Source: an uncultured Gammaproteobacteria bacterium
GTDB taxonomy: Bacteria > Patescibacteriota > Microgenomatia > JAMCZE01
Length of the DNA stretch: 64,000 nucleotides
Assembly: GCA_964641255.1 (NCBI GenBank)
Contig: CAZXMM010000001.1
Span: forward strand, 409,984-473,983
Direction: 5' to 3'
Shown here: positions 1-9,791 of the stretch, piece after piece
Layout: each line of letters opens with the position of its first letter
Position numbering within the stretch: position 1 is the stretch's first letter
Notes under the pieces: model-generated
Told to the model about the DNA's origin: nothing
What the model saw: only the letters and a program-made list of their open reading frames with translations
Database searches by the model: none
Program-made: the position numbers and the translations under genes

Positions 1-341
1 TAGTGGCCACAAATGAGAATCAGTTGATCTAGCTCACTGTAGCGTCTGGCGGTTTCTTGTCTAAAGGTTTCTCCCCGGGCATCCATTAAGACCACCTTGG
101 TTCGAACATCCGGTTTCTTTATATCCTTGAGGGCGTTGAAAATAGGCTCGATTTGTAAAACCATGCCGACTCCCCCACCAAAGGGCCGGTCATCAACTGT
201 TCCTCGTTCATCAGTAGCCCACTTACGAAGATCATGGATGTTAATAGTAAGAAAAGAGCGATCTTGGGCGCGTTTAATAATGCTCTGATCAAAAGGGCCA
301 GTAAACATTTTGGGGAAAAGAGTAATTATGTCAATCTTCAT
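1..341 (-). CDS. trmD: tRNA (guanine37-N1)-methyltransferase TrmD, N-terminal part (runs off the window edge)
   Basis: Manual translation from ATG at 341: MKIDIITLFPKMFTGPFDQSIIKRAQ...HDLRKWATDERGTVDDRPFGGGVGMVLQIEP...LILICGH. Contains the TrmD motifs VDDxPFGGGxGM and ICGH. Not in the ORF track because it is truncated. Confidence 0.97.
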   Translation of the reverse strand, partial: MKIDIITLFPKMFTGPFDQSIIKRAQDRSFLTINIHDLRKWATDERGTVDDRPFGGGVGMVLQIEPIFNALKDIKKPDVRTKVVLMDARGETFRQETARRYSELDQLILICGH

Positions 342-349
342 AAGAATAT

Positions 350-357
350 ATTATACT
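350..357. promoter_or_regulatory. Overlapping bidirectional -10 boxes (leaderless type) for trmD and the first GT2
   Basis: ATTATACT reads TATACT on + (352-357, 7 nt before ATG 365) and TATAAT on - (355-350, 8 nt before ATG 341), all within a 23-bp gap. Confidence 0.7.
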
Positions 358-364
358 AGTCCTC

Positions 365-1114
365 ATGAAAAATATTGTGGTGGTAATGCCAACCTATAAC
401 GAAGCCGAAAATATTGGCCGAATGATTGACACGCTTGTTGGAGAGGAATTTCCAAAGATTAAAGACCACAAAATGATGCTTCTTGTTGTTGACGATCACT
501 CACCTGATGGTACTTGGAAGATAGTCCAGGAGAAACAAAAGAAGTATAAAAATATTTTCTTGAGTGATTCAGAAACGAAACGCGGTTTAGGTGGAGCCTA
601 TATTGATGGCTTTGGTTACGCGATTAAGGAATTAAAAGCCGATGGTATCATGGAGATGGATGCCGATTTTCAGCACGACCCCAAAGACGTAAAACGTTTT
701 GTGGCCGAATTTGATAAAGGTTATGACTATATTTTAGGCACTCGCTACATTCATGGCGGGTCAATTCCAAAAAACTGGGGATTTAAAAGAAAGTTTCTTT
801 CGGTAGTTGGTAATTGGTTTGGTCGCACAGCGCTCTTGTGGTTTGATATTCACGACCTAACCACTGGTTATCGTTTGGCTCGTGTTAAGGGATTTTTGGA
901 TCAGATGGATTTCAAACGAATTTTTTCTCGTTCCTATTCCTATAAATGGAGACTTATCTACGAGATGAAAAGTAGACGCGCGAAGATCAAAGAGATCGCG
1001 ATTATTTTTTCCCATCGTGAGAAGGGTTGGAGCAAAATGGATAGCGATGATTTTATTGAGAGTTTAAAAATCATTGGGCAAATTTGGCTGATACGACTTG
1101 GGCTACTTCAATGA
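365..1114 (+). CDS. GT2 polyprenol-monophosphomannose synthase-like (Ppm1/DPM1-like)
   Basis: MPTYNE, VVDDHSPDGT, GLGGAY, MDADFQH, GTRY, DLTTGYR and R..G.SK motifs. Confidence 0.9.
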   Translation: MKNIVVVMPTYNEAENIGRMIDTLVGEEFPKIKDHKMMLLVVDDHSPDGTWKIVQEKQKKYKNIFLSDSETKRGLGGAYIDGFGYAIKELKADGIMEMDADFQHDPKDVKRFVAEFDKGYDYILGTRYIHGGSIPKNWGFKRKFLSVVGNWFGRTALLWFDIHDLTTGYRLARVKGFLDQMDFKRIFSRSYSYKWRLIYEMKSRRAKIKEIAIIFSHREKGWSKMDSDDFIESLKIIGQIWLIRLGLLQ

Positions 1115-1851
1115 AAACTCCACTTGTGGCGATAGTTGTTCCGACCCTGAATGAAGAAGGAGCCATTGGGGAGTTTCTTCGGTTACTCTTAATAGTTACC
1201 ACCGCGGAAAAAAAATTCCGCTGGCATCTGGTAGTAGTCGATAGTCAATCAGCGGACCGAACTACTGAAATAATTGACGCTTTTAAGCGAAGACACAAAG
1301 ATTTTTTGACCCTGATTAGTGCTCCCAGGGGTCTCGGGAGAAGTCTATTTTTAGGATTAGATTTTTGCTGTTTTAAACTTAAAGCCGATTATGCTATTAC
1401 TCTTGAGGCCGATCTATCAAACGACCCGAAACAGTTACCAGAATTTATCACCCCACTGACCACTGCCGATTTGGTAGTCGGTAGTCGCTATACAGCTGGT
1501 GGAAGAATTGAACACTGGTCATTTTGGCGCAAATTTCTAAGTTTTAGTGCCAACCTGACCTTACGGCTTTTAGTAGGAGGCAAAATTAAAGAGTACACCA
1601 ATCTCTATCGGAGCCTGCGCCTAACTAGCTGGAGAAAATTGCGACTGGGTTTAGTCAATACTACTGATTGGCTGTTTGTGCCCGCTTTAGTCTTTGAGGC
1701 AATTAGGCTCAAGCTTCGTATCAGTGAGATTCCAATTACTTATGCTGATCGAAGAGCGGGTCAGTCGAAGATGGATACCCCGTCTTATACCAAGAGCTTG
1801 CTCTTAGCTGCGATTCGCTTTAGAATGAATAAACATGGAACATTTTCTTAA
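1111..1851 (+). CDS. GT2 polyprenol-phosphate sugar synthase-like, divergent (EAD in place of DXD)
   Basis: VPTLNE, GLG, LEADLSNDP, GSRY, RRAGQSK. Start moved to ATG 1111, which forms an ATGA overlap with the previous stop. Confidence 0.82.
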   Translation: MKTPLVAIVVPTLNEEGAIGEFLRLLLIVTTAEKKFRWHLVVVDSQSADRTTEIIDAFKRRHKDFLTLISAPRGLGRSLFLGLDFCCFKLKADYAITLEADLSNDPKQLPEFITPLTTADLVVGSRYTAGGRIEHWSFWRKFLSFSANLTLRLLVGGKIKEYTNLYRSLRLTSWRKLRLGLVNTTDWLFVPALVFEAIRLKLRISEIPITYADRRAGQSKMDTPSYTKSLLLAAIRFRMNKHGTFS

Positions 1852-2299
1852 ATTTTTGGTGGTAGGGACGTTGGGTTTTATTATTAACACTCTAGGGCTA
1901 GTTCTGGGGGTAAAGGCTGGCCTTAGGCCCTCAATCGCTGCCCCAATCGGGTCTGAGGTGGCAATTATTTCCAATTTTATTTGGAATAACTTTTGGACAT
2001 TTTCTGACAAAGTAATTACCTCTCCCCAAGACATAGTCTTTAAGTTTATTCAGTTCAACTTTTTGTCCCTTGCTGCAGTGTTAATCCAGTTTGTGGCACT
2101 AAGACTGGGCGAGTTGCTGTTTGGAATGGTTAAATTCAAAGAGCCGTTTGTTAACTTACCCATTTTTGCTACCCTGCCATTTATCAAAAGGATACCGCTT
2201 GCCAAAAAGTTTTCCCTGTACTTTATCTTTTATATCGGTAGTGTTGGTCTCGGACTGGTGGTTAATTTCACTATGTACAGCCTCATTATTTGGCGTTAG
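1835..2299 (+). CDS. GtrA-family small membrane protein (putative polyprenol-P-sugar flippase)
   Basis: FLKFLVVG, NFIWNNFWTF and terminal NF...IW pattern, about 4 hydrophobic segments, next to Ppm1-like genes. Confidence 0.85.
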   Translation: MEHFLKFLVVGTLGFIINTLGLVLGVKAGLRPSIAAPIGSEVAIISNFIWNNFWTFSDKVITSPQDIVFKFIQFNFLSLAAVLIQFVALRLGELLFGMVKFKEPFVNLPIFATLPFIKRIPLAKKFSLYFIFYIGSVGLGLVVNFTMYSLIIWR

Positions 2300-2306
2300 T
2301 AGCTAA

Positions 2307-3797
2307 ATGCGAAAACTACTCGGAACTACACTTCTTCCCCTTGTGTCCCTCATAGCTGTTGGGGCATTACTCCGGTTATACCGAATAGGCGACTATATTA
2401 GGTTTCTGGGCGATGAGGGTAGAGATGCGTTAGTCGTTAAAAGAATGATAGTGGAACACGACTGGACACTCCTTGGTCCCAACGCTTCGGTTGGTGGGTT
2501 TTATACCGGTCCAATTTACTATTACTTTATGTTGCCCTTTTTATGGTTGTCCAAGCTTGATCCGATTGGTCCGGCGGTAATGTCTGCTCTCTTTGGACTA
2601 CTAGCCATTGGTCTGATTTATTACTTTTGTCGACTGATCTTTAACCCCCGTGTGGCCCTCGTTGCGGCTGCCATTACTACTTTATCTCCGAAGTTTATCG
2701 AGATTTCGCGTTTTTCTTGGAACCCTAACCCCATTCCTGTCTTTGCACTGATAGTAGTCATCAGTCTCTATTTATCTTTCTTGCGCAAAAAATCTTATTA
2801 TGTTTTCTTTGCCGGTCTTGCTCTAGGGATAATGATCCAACTTCATTATTCGGGGCTAGTGTTTGTGGCAGTAATGGCTCCAATCGTGCTACTAATCCTT
2901 CCCCTTCGCAAGCTGCCCTTGACTATCCTGTTTGCCACTTTGGGTTTTGTTGCGGGTGAGTCACTTTTTTTAGTTTTTGAGGCTCGCCACGGATTTCCTA
3001 ATACTCGGACAGTTCTTGAGTTTTTTACGCGCCGCGATGACGGGGCCACTATTTCAGTCCAATTTGATATTTTAGGCAGCGCCAGAGACGTGCTGCGACG
3101 ACTTTATGAGACGGTGATTGGTACTGGTGGAATAGTGGTCGCTCTTTTGGCGACCTCTTCGTTAGTCGCACTAATTACCTGGGTAATTAGTCAGCGGGGA
3201 AAATTAGCTGACCGAGCCAAGGTAGTAGTTATTTTATCCTGGCTTTTAATGGGAACTTTAGGAACTACACTGTATCGGGGTCAGCTACTTGATCACTATT
3301 TCATTTTCCAATACCCTCTTGTCCCAATTTTTATTGCCCTACTTATTGACCGCCTTTTCAGGCTTAATTGGACAAGGTTTGTCTGTTTGGCGATTTTAAT
3401 ATTGGTATTTTACCTAGAAATTAGCCATTTATTTATTTGGTCTAACCCTAACTTTTTGGTCAGGCAGACAAAAGAGGTAGATAAACTGGTTTTAGATTTA
3501 GCTGGAGAGCGGCCCTACAATTTTGCCCTAATTGCCCCAGGTAATAGTGATCACGCATACCGCTATTTTCTAGAAATTCAAAACCGCAAGCCCGTAGTGG
3601 TGGAACCACCAGAGACCGACCCGATGAGGAATTCAATTACCGACCAGCTAATCGTAGTTTGCGAACAGAGAGATTGTAGTCCGCTGGGCTATCCTTTGTG
3701 GGAAGTCGCCGGTTTTGGGCGGGCGGAAATTGTTGATACGGTGATTGGCCCAGCTGGTATTAAAATTTTTAAACTTATCCACTATACTGGTACCTAA
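2307..3797 (+). CDS. GT-C membrane glycosyltransferase (PMT_2/ArnT-like, D-x-x-R-D subgroup)
   Basis: TM1 followed by GDEGRD, LLGP..GGFYTGPIYYY, SRFSWNPN, QLH; many TMs and a soluble C-terminal domain. Confidence 0.85.
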   Translation: MRKLLGTTLLPLVSLIAVGALLRLYRIGDYIRFLGDEGRDALVVKRMIVEHDWTLLGPNASVGGFYTGPIYYYFMLPFLWLSKLDPIGPAVMSALFGLLAIGLIYYFCRLIFNPRVALVAAAITTLSPKFIEISRFSWNPNPIPVFALIVVISLYLSFLRKKSYYVFFAGLALGIMIQLHYSGLVFVAVMAPIVLLILPLRKLPLTILFATLGFVAGESLFLVFEARHGFPNTRTVLEFFTRRDDGATISVQFDILGSARDVLRRLYETVIGTGGIVVALLATSSLVALITWVISQRGKLADRAKVVVILSWLLMGTLGTTLYRGQLLDHYFIFQYPLVPIFIALLIDRLFRLNWTRFVCLAILILVFYLEISHLFIWSNPNFLVRQTKEVDKLVLDLAGERPYNFALIAPGNSDHAYRYFLEIQNRKPVVVEPPETDPMRNSITDQLIVVCEQRDCSPLGYPLWEVAGFGRAEIVDTVIGPAGIKIFKLIHYTGT

Positions 3798-3798
3798 G

Positions 3799-4584
3799 AT
3801 GAAAAGTATCTACTTATCAGTCATAATTCCCTCCTACAACGAAACCGAGAATCTGAAGCGGGGAGTTTTGGACCAAGTTAACAGTTATCTTTCCAAGCAA
3901 AGCTATACTTGGGAAGTTATTGTGTCTGATGATGGTTCACCAGCTAAAGAATCTCGAGAGCTCGCTAAAGCCTTCTGTGATAATCATAAAGAGTTCACGT
4001 TTTTAGAGAACGCTCACGCCGGCAAACCCTTTGCTGTCTGGGCAGGCATCCAGAAAGCAAGCGGTAAGATTGTTCTTTTTACAGATATGGATCAGTCAAC
4101 TCCCATTACCGAGCTTTCAAAGCTTTTGCCTTATTTTGACCAAGGATACAAAATAGTCATTGGTAGTCGGGGCAGTGCTCGCAAAAATTCTAGCCCGCTG
4201 CGCTTGTTAGCCTCCACTGTATTTAGGGAAGTGCGCCGGACGTTCCTATTGAGAAATATTATCGATACTCAAGCCGGATTTAAAGCGCTTAATCGGGAAG
4301 TGGCACTAGAACTTTTCCCTCTGCTGCAAATTATCAGGCAGGGCGTCGAAGTAAACACCGGCTGGCGGGTTACTTCTTTTGATGTCGAACTACTCTACGC
4401 TGCGGAACGTAGAGGTTATAAGATAGCTGAGGTACCAGTGATTTGGGAAAACGAAGATTTAGCCATGGATACCAAAAAAAGCAGTAATAAGGGGAAATTT
4501 CTCAAAGAGTCGGTAGATATGCTGGGTGAGATTATCCGGGTGAAGAAAAATGCGATGCAGGGTCTTTACGATAAAAATAAATGA
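3799..4584 (+). CDS. GT2 polyprenyl-phosphate glycosyltransferase (ALG5/DPG-synthase-like)
   Basis: IIPSYNE, VSDDGS, GKPFAV, FTDMDQST, DTQAGFK, FDVELL. Start moved to ATG 3799. Confidence 0.87.
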   Translation: MKSIYLSVIIPSYNETENLKRGVLDQVNSYLSKQSYTWEVIVSDDGSPAKESRELAKAFCDNHKEFTFLENAHAGKPFAVWAGIQKASGKIVLFTDMDQSTPITELSKLLPYFDQGYKIVIGSRGSARKNSSPLRLLASTVFREVRRTFLLRNIIDTQAGFKALNREVALELFPLLQIIRQGVEVNTGWRVTSFDVELLYAAERRGYKIAEVPVIWENEDLAMDTKKSSNKGKFLKESVDMLGEIIRVKKNAMQGLYDKNK

Positions 4585-5705
4585 TTGCGGTCTATTTGGC
4601 TTTACTGGGACTGTTGGGAATCTACACCTACTCTCAGATTGACCTTAACCTCACCCTTTTTCAGGCCCCTGTTTTTTTGACTTTCCAGCAGTACATGATC
4701 CAGTTAGGCTATTATCAAAGAACCTGGTCGGCAGCCCTTTTCCTTGGTCTCATCATTGGGCTCTTTGCACTTTACGGGTATTTTCTCAAGAATTTGCCCC
4801 TACTCACTAAGCGCCAATGGTTTTGTAGCGGGGTGGTTATTGGAATGGTAACACTTCTCTCTTACCCCGCGTTTTCCTACGATTTTTTTAATTATCTTTT
4901 TGACGCTCGTATTGTTACAGCGTATGGCCAAAACCCCTATTTTTTTAAAGCCCTAGACTTTCCTCTTGATCCCTGGATCCGTTTCATGCACTGGATCCAT
5001 CGCACTTATCCCTATGGTCCGGGTTGGCTCCTTATTACTACCCCATTGTCGTTTCTAGGTTTAGGGAAATTTGTTTTGACCGCTGTTTTATTCAAGTTAC
5101 TGTTTATTGCTAACTACTTTCTGGCATTATTTATAATTGGAAAAATCTACTCAATTATTAACCCCGAAAAAAGAACTTGGGCCCTTGTCTTTTTTGGATT
5201 AAACCCTCTTATTATTATAGAGACCCTCATTAGTCCCCATTTGGATGCAATTATGACCAGCTCTCTGTTATTAGGCTTTTACCTCATTTTAAAACAGCGC
5301 AAATGGCTCGCATTTCTGACCTTGATTTTTTCTGGCAGCATCAAGTTTCTGACTTGGGTTCTCATCCCCTTACACGGCATCAAACTTTCTTTTGAGAGAG
5401 GGGTAGAGCTATCCTTATTCTTATTAACACTAATTCTTGTTCCAGTGATTTTGCAGCGAGAGTTTTATCCCTGGTACGCAATTCCTCTGCTAGCCATAGT
5501 TGCGCTGTTGCCTAAAAGAAAATTTCTTCACTACTTGGCACTAGTTTTGTCCCTGGGGCTTCTTTGTCAGTACGGGTCCTTTCTTTACTTTGGAGAGTAC
5601 ACCACTCTTACTAGCTTGGTAAAACTAGGAGCCCTTTTGTTTCCTCTGGTTACTCTTTTGCCTCTCTATTTCGTTTCTAAGTATCCTTTTTCTTTCAAAG
5701 ATTGA
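4581..5705 (+). CDS. GT-C membrane glycosyltransferase, MptA/MptB-like (polyprenol-P-mannose-dependent type)
   Basis: SYDFFNY...GQNPY...YPYGP...LNPL...HLD...IK pattern; highly hydrophobic. Confidence 0.7.
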   Translation: MIAVYLALLGLLGIYTYSQIDLNLTLFQAPVFLTFQQYMIQLGYYQRTWSAALFLGLIIGLFALYGYFLKNLPLLTKRQWFCSGVVIGMVTLLSYPAFSYDFFNYLFDARIVTAYGQNPYFFKALDFPLDPWIRFMHWIHRTYPYGPGWLLITTPLSFLGLGKFVLTAVLFKLLFIANYFLALFIIGKIYSIINPEKRTWALVFFGLNPLIIIETLISPHLDAIMTSSLLLGFYLILKQRKWLAFLTLIFSGSIKFLTWVLIPLHGIKLSFERGVELSLFLLTLILVPVILQREFYPWYAIPLLAIVALLPKRKFLHYLALVLSLGLLCQYGSFLYFGEYTTLTSLVKLGALLFPLVTLLPLYFVSKYPFSFKD

Positions 5706-7366
5706 ACAAGAGCTGAAGCCTTATTTTTTTCAAAGTTGAAGTCTTCATCTAAATTGAAGTCTTGGGTTTTTGAACCTTTAAACTGTAAGCTGGGATTCAC
5801 ATCGTTGAGTCGGACATAGTTCTTGTTCAGAAAATCAATAAAGAAAGCATTATAGTCAGCTGAGCCGCCAAAAGCTGAGAAATAACGCTGGTAGACAATA
5901 ATGTCCGCTCGGTTAGCCGTGTAGTCGGCGATTACGCCGGATAAGAGTTTTGGACTGTTCACAAATTGTGGCAATATCCAATGATACTTAGACGGTACCT
6001 TGCAGTTTAGGTAATAGATTTCTTCAAACTGGAAGGGCCCCACCCAACAATAGTGGTCAGTGGGGACGACGGCATTAATTAGGGGTGCGACTTGGGGGCG
6101 GTCGTAAATAAGGGGCATAGTGCCCATATAGCGATTGTAGGTCATTCTCCAAAGCTCCATCGAGAAAAATAGAGTGGTAAATAGCCAGTAGATAAGGAGC
6201 CCGACAAAGGCAAACTTTAAAAACCCCGAAAATAGTGGTCCGTCTTCGCCTTGTTGGTCTTTGGCTATAAACCAGAAGAAGAAACTCGCATGGAAGAAAG
6301 TAATAAAGAAATACACTGCCGACTGGTAGTCGGTAGTTTGTGATGTGAGGGGATTGCCACGAACGGTACTGTAGACAATTAGTAAAAAGGAGAGTAAGAA
6401 CAATAGAAATTTCCGTTTCCATAGTAGGGTGACCCAAAGGACTACATTTGTCACTCCCATGGTGAGATTAAACGGCGTCATCAGATCTGTTCGGGTGATA
6501 CCAGAGAGTAGTACTTGATAGTTATTTAAGAAGTTATTCAAAATCACGATAGCATAGCGGATGGGGTTAAGGGAGGTTGATCCCGGAGGTCGAGGATAGT
6601 TATAGATGTAATAGTTTTTGTTATAGATGATAGCGTCAAAATAGTAGTCGGCTAAAGAGCCAGTGATTAAAAGATAGAGTAGAAAAAGACCATACGGTAG
6701 GCCAAAGATAAGAGCAAACAAAAGAACTTTTTTCACCAAAGCTTTATCGAGTCTAGTCTTTGTGGCCGTAACAAAAGAGACAAAGGTTACCAGGGTGAGG
6801 ATAATTGATTCATATAAATAGGTTGTCGACATGAGCATGGTGAGCGCGGAAAAGATTGACACGACGATAAGGTCAGCCTTCATCAGGGCTTGCCCTCTGT
6901 ACAATTTGACAAAGAGGAGAGTGTAAGCGGGGATCAGCATGTAACCACTTAGTGGATCGGCCAGAAACATATGACCCCAGAAATAGGTGGAAGCCAGGGC
7001 GATGAGGGGGGCGTAAATAAAAAAGAAGCCAGTATCCTGCCGATTTAACCGCTTTCTTAGTAACCATAGAGTTAACCCAAAAATCCCTAGGTAAAAAATT
7101 GCCGTCATAAGACGAAAACGCACGAACGATTGGTCTGAGAATATGCCTAGTAGCGCAGCAAAAAAGTAAGCTAGCGGGCCGTGGTGCGAAAAGAAGTCGC
7201 GATAAGGAAGTTTTCCCTTCAGAATGTCGTGTCCACCCAAAATATTATCAAATTCATCGGGATAACTATTGTGGACGCTATTAACTAAAAGAACAACTAG
7301 AAGACAAAAAAAGAAACTAAGAATTCTACGGTGTCTCTTTACAAAGTTCCACAAGGTGAGAACCAT
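5666..7366 (-). CDS. GT-C-like membrane glycosyltransferase
   Basis: TM1 followed by YPDEFDN, G.LPYRDFFSHHGP; more than 10 TMs and a soluble C-terminal tail. Confidence 0.78.
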   Translation of the reverse strand: MVLTLWNFVKRHRRILSFFFCLLVVLLVNSVHNSYPDEFDNILGGHDILKGKLPYRDFFSHHGPLAYFFAALLGIFSDQSFVRFRLMTAIFYLGIFGLTLWLLRKRLNRQDTGFFFIYAPLIALASTYFWGHMFLADPLSGYMLIPAYTLLFVKLYRGQALMKADLIVVSIFSALTMLMSTTYLYESIILTLVTFVSFVTATKTRLDKALVKKVLLFALIFGLPYGLFLLYLLITGSLADYYFDAIIYNKNYYIYNYPRPPGSTSLNPIRYAIVILNNFLNNYQVLLSGITRTDLMTPFNLTMGVTNVVLWVTLLWKRKFLLFLLSFLLIVYSTVRGNPLTSQTTDYQSAVYFFITFFHASFFFWFIAKDQQGEDGPLFSGFLKFAFVGLLIYWLFTTLFFSMELWRMTYNRYMGTMPLIYDRPQVAPLINAVVPTDHYCWVGPFQFEEIYYLNCKVPSKYHWILPQFVNSPKLLSGVIADYTANRADIIVYQRYFSAFGGSADYNAFFIDFLNKNYVRLNDVNPSLQFKGSKTQDFNLDEDFNFEKNKASALVQSLKEKGYLETK

Positions 7367-7371
7367 ACTCG

Positions 7372-7384
7372 TATATAATATACT
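7372..7384. promoter_or_regulatory. Candidate bidirectional -10 region between divergent genes
   Basis: TATATAATATACT contains TATAAT (7374-7379) and TATACT (7379-7384) on +, and TATTAT on - 8 nt before ATG 7366. Confidence 0.55.
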
Positions 7385-7405
7385 ATGTGGGTCGGTTAGT
7401 CACTA

Positions 7406-9790
7406 ATGGTTTTTGGATTTTCCATGAAACAAGGAGAGAAATCTATTTTAGTTGCAAGTCTGTTTGTGATTTTGGTGTTACTTCTTGGCCACTTAGCACA
7501 ATTCTGGAAATTCTATCTGCTGGGTCTTCTTCCGTTTCCAGGCGATACATTGGTGGCTTTTTATTTTCCTTGGAGTAGCGGGGGGTTTCCTGGATTTGAC
7601 CCCTTTACTCAATACAAGGCACAAAATACTGTCGACGTCATTAAACAAATGTTTCCCTGGCGAGATTTTGCTTTTGAAATGATAGCTAAGGGTCAATGGC
7701 CCCTGTGGAATCCCTACAGTTTTTCTGGCATGCCGCTTATAGCCAATTTGCAATCGGCCGTCTTTTTCCCTGGTCACGCTCTGTCTTTGTTCATCTCTTC
7801 TATTGCCGGGTGGATCACCATCGTTGTGGGTGAGCTGCTTTTCTTCGGATGGACCTCCTACCTCTTCCTTAGATCACAAAAACTTTCTCAAGTGGCGGCC
7901 GCATTTGGAGCTCTGGTTTCTATGGGTTTTTCCTACCTAGCTTTGTGGCACGCCCAACTGGTTATTACCGAGAGCTTGTTATTTTTGCCGCTAATTCTTA
8001 CTCTGGTTAATCGTTACATAAGTAGTAAGAAGCCCCACAACTTGCTTCTTGTTTCGTTTTTATTCACTTTCTGTTTGTTTGGTGGCCATGCTCAGACAAT
8101 TATTTATGTGTACCTAATTTTTTTCCTCTTTGCACTCTACCGTCGGGTTGCACTAGTGCCGCTCATCGTCACCTCACTACTTCCCGCCTTATTGGCTGCC
8201 GTCCAGTTACTACCCTCGCTGGAGGCTTATATGCTTTCGGCGCGAGAGGGTCAAGCTTCAAAGGAGCTTTTTGGACCTTTTATTTTCCAGTGGAAACAGA
8301 TGATTACTGTTGTTGCCCCAGATTTTTTCGGTCACCCAACCACTCGGAATTTTTGGGGACGAGATTATCGGGACTTTAACACTTACTTTGGTGTTACCGC
8401 TTTTGTGTTTAGTCTTACCGCACTTTTTAGTTGGCACCGCTTTAAAGATGTTAAATTTTTTGCATTTCTTGCCGGATTTGGGTTGTTACTTGCCACCTGG
8501 CCGTTGGTTTTTGTTTTTGATATTTTAAGTATTCCCATTCTTTCTTCTGGGGTACCCGCTCGGATGATGTTTTTATTTCAGTACGGAGGTGTGATTTTAT
8601 CAGCCTACGGTTTAGAAGCTATCTTGCGAGAGGATCATAAAAATCTTAGCAGCGCTGTGCACCGTACACTTTTTGTCGTCGTGTTAGTTATCGTGGCAAT
8701 TTGGGTGGTAGCCCTTGGGGAACAGGTCCATTTTGCGGTGACGAGAAACAACTTAGTCTTGCCAACGGCGATGCTTCTTATCACTAGCTTATTGATTTTT
8801 CTGCGTTTTACCCTACCCAAATTTAGAGCGGCCATAATCGTTACTATTTTTGGTCTGGTTATCGTCCAATCCACTTATTTCTTTGAAAAATACACAGCTT
8901 TTTCACCAGTTAAATTTACCTTTCCAACCCATCCCGTAATTACCTTTCTAAAACAATCTGGGGGCATTAATCGTTTTTTTGGCGTCGGTAATGCCTATTT
9001 TAATTACGATTTTTCCGTCTACTACCGTCTTTACGACATTCAGGGCTATGACTCACTTTATCCCAAACGCTATGGGGAATTCTCAGGATCGACTGAAAAT
9101 AACGGGAAAATTCCTGAAGCTGTTATGCGTTCCGATGCCGTTTTCCATCCCTGGAGCGAGTCTTACACCAAACGGGCTTTTGATTTGTTGGGGGCGAAAT
9201 ATTTACTAGAAAAGGATGACGATCCAGTGCAAAAATGGACTACCAACTCGTTAGTTTTTCATCCCGCTGAATATAATTTGGTTTGGCAACAAGATAAATG
9301 GAAGATATACGAACGGTATTCTGCCTTACCACGAGTAGCCCTGATGGATTCCTATATTAAAAGAAGTGATAAACAGGCAATCTTAGACGCTCTTTATGAA
9401 GACGCTTTCCCTTATCGCTCGACCCTCGTTTTAGAACAAGATCCCAAGATTACACCACAAAAAGCGCTGCTTAAAACGCTTACTATACTAAGTTATACAC
9501 CCAATGAAATTCAGGTGAAAACCCAAAGTGATGCTCCACAGCTGCTGTACCTATCCGATAATTTTTATCCTGGATGGTATGCTAGTGTTGATGGTAAGGA
9601 CTCTCCAATTTACCGCGCCAATTATACTTTCCGGGCCGTAGCTTTGCCTGCCGGCGAGCACCAAGTTAGAATGTCTTACGCTCCTCTCAGCTTTAGTCTG
9701 GGACTAGTCACTTCTCTAATCTCAGCTGTCTTAGCTACTGGAGTTCTCGGTTATCTCTTATTAAGAGATCGCCATCTGGGTGGTAGTTAA
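7406..9790 (+). CDS. YfhO-family GT-C membrane protein
   Basis: D...QMFPWR, G.WPLWNPYSFSGMP..ANLQ, GGHAQ, GYD, C-terminal SDNFYPGWYASVDG..IYRANYTFRAV..PAGEHQV. Alternative start at ATG 7424. Confidence 0.88.
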   Translation: MVFGFSMKQGEKSILVASLFVILVLLLGHLAQFWKFYLLGLLPFPGDTLVAFYFPWSSGGFPGFDPFTQYKAQNTVDVIKQMFPWRDFAFEMIAKGQWPLWNPYSFSGMPLIANLQSAVFFPGHALSLFISSIAGWITIVVGELLFFGWTSYLFLRSQKLSQVAAAFGALVSMGFSYLALWHAQLVITESLLFLPLILTLVNRYISSKKPHNLLLVSFLFTFCLFGGHAQTIIYVYLIFFLFALYRRVALVPLIVTSLLPALLAAVQLLPSLEAYMLSAREGQASKELFGPFIFQWKQMITVVAPDFFGHPTTRNFWGRDYRDFNTYFGVTAFVFSLTALFSWHRFKDVKFFAFLAGFGLLLATWPLVFVFDILSIPILSSGVPARMMFLFQYGGVILSAYGLEAILREDHKNLSSAVHRTLFVVVLVIVAIWVVALGEQVHFAVTRNNLVLPTAMLLITSLLIFLRFTLPKFRAAIIVTIFGLVIVQSTYFFEKYTAFSPVKFTFPTHPVITFLKQSGGINRFFGVGNAYFNYDFSVYYRLYDIQGYDSLYPKRYGEFSGSTENNGKIPEAVMRSDAVFHPWSESYTKRAFDLLGAKYLLEKDDDPVQKWTTNSLVFHPAEYNLVWQQDKWKIYERYSALPRVALMDSYIKRSDKQAILDALYEDAFPYRSTLVLEQDPKITPQKALLKTLTILSYTPNEIQVKTQSDAPQLLYLSDNFYPGWYASVDGKDSPIYRANYTFRAVALPAGEHQVRMSYAPLSFSLGLVTSLISAVLATGVLGYLLLRDRHLGGS

Positions 9791-9791
9791 T

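Noticed and set aside
97-288. 63-aa + strand ORF
   Set aside because: Antisense shadow of trmD.
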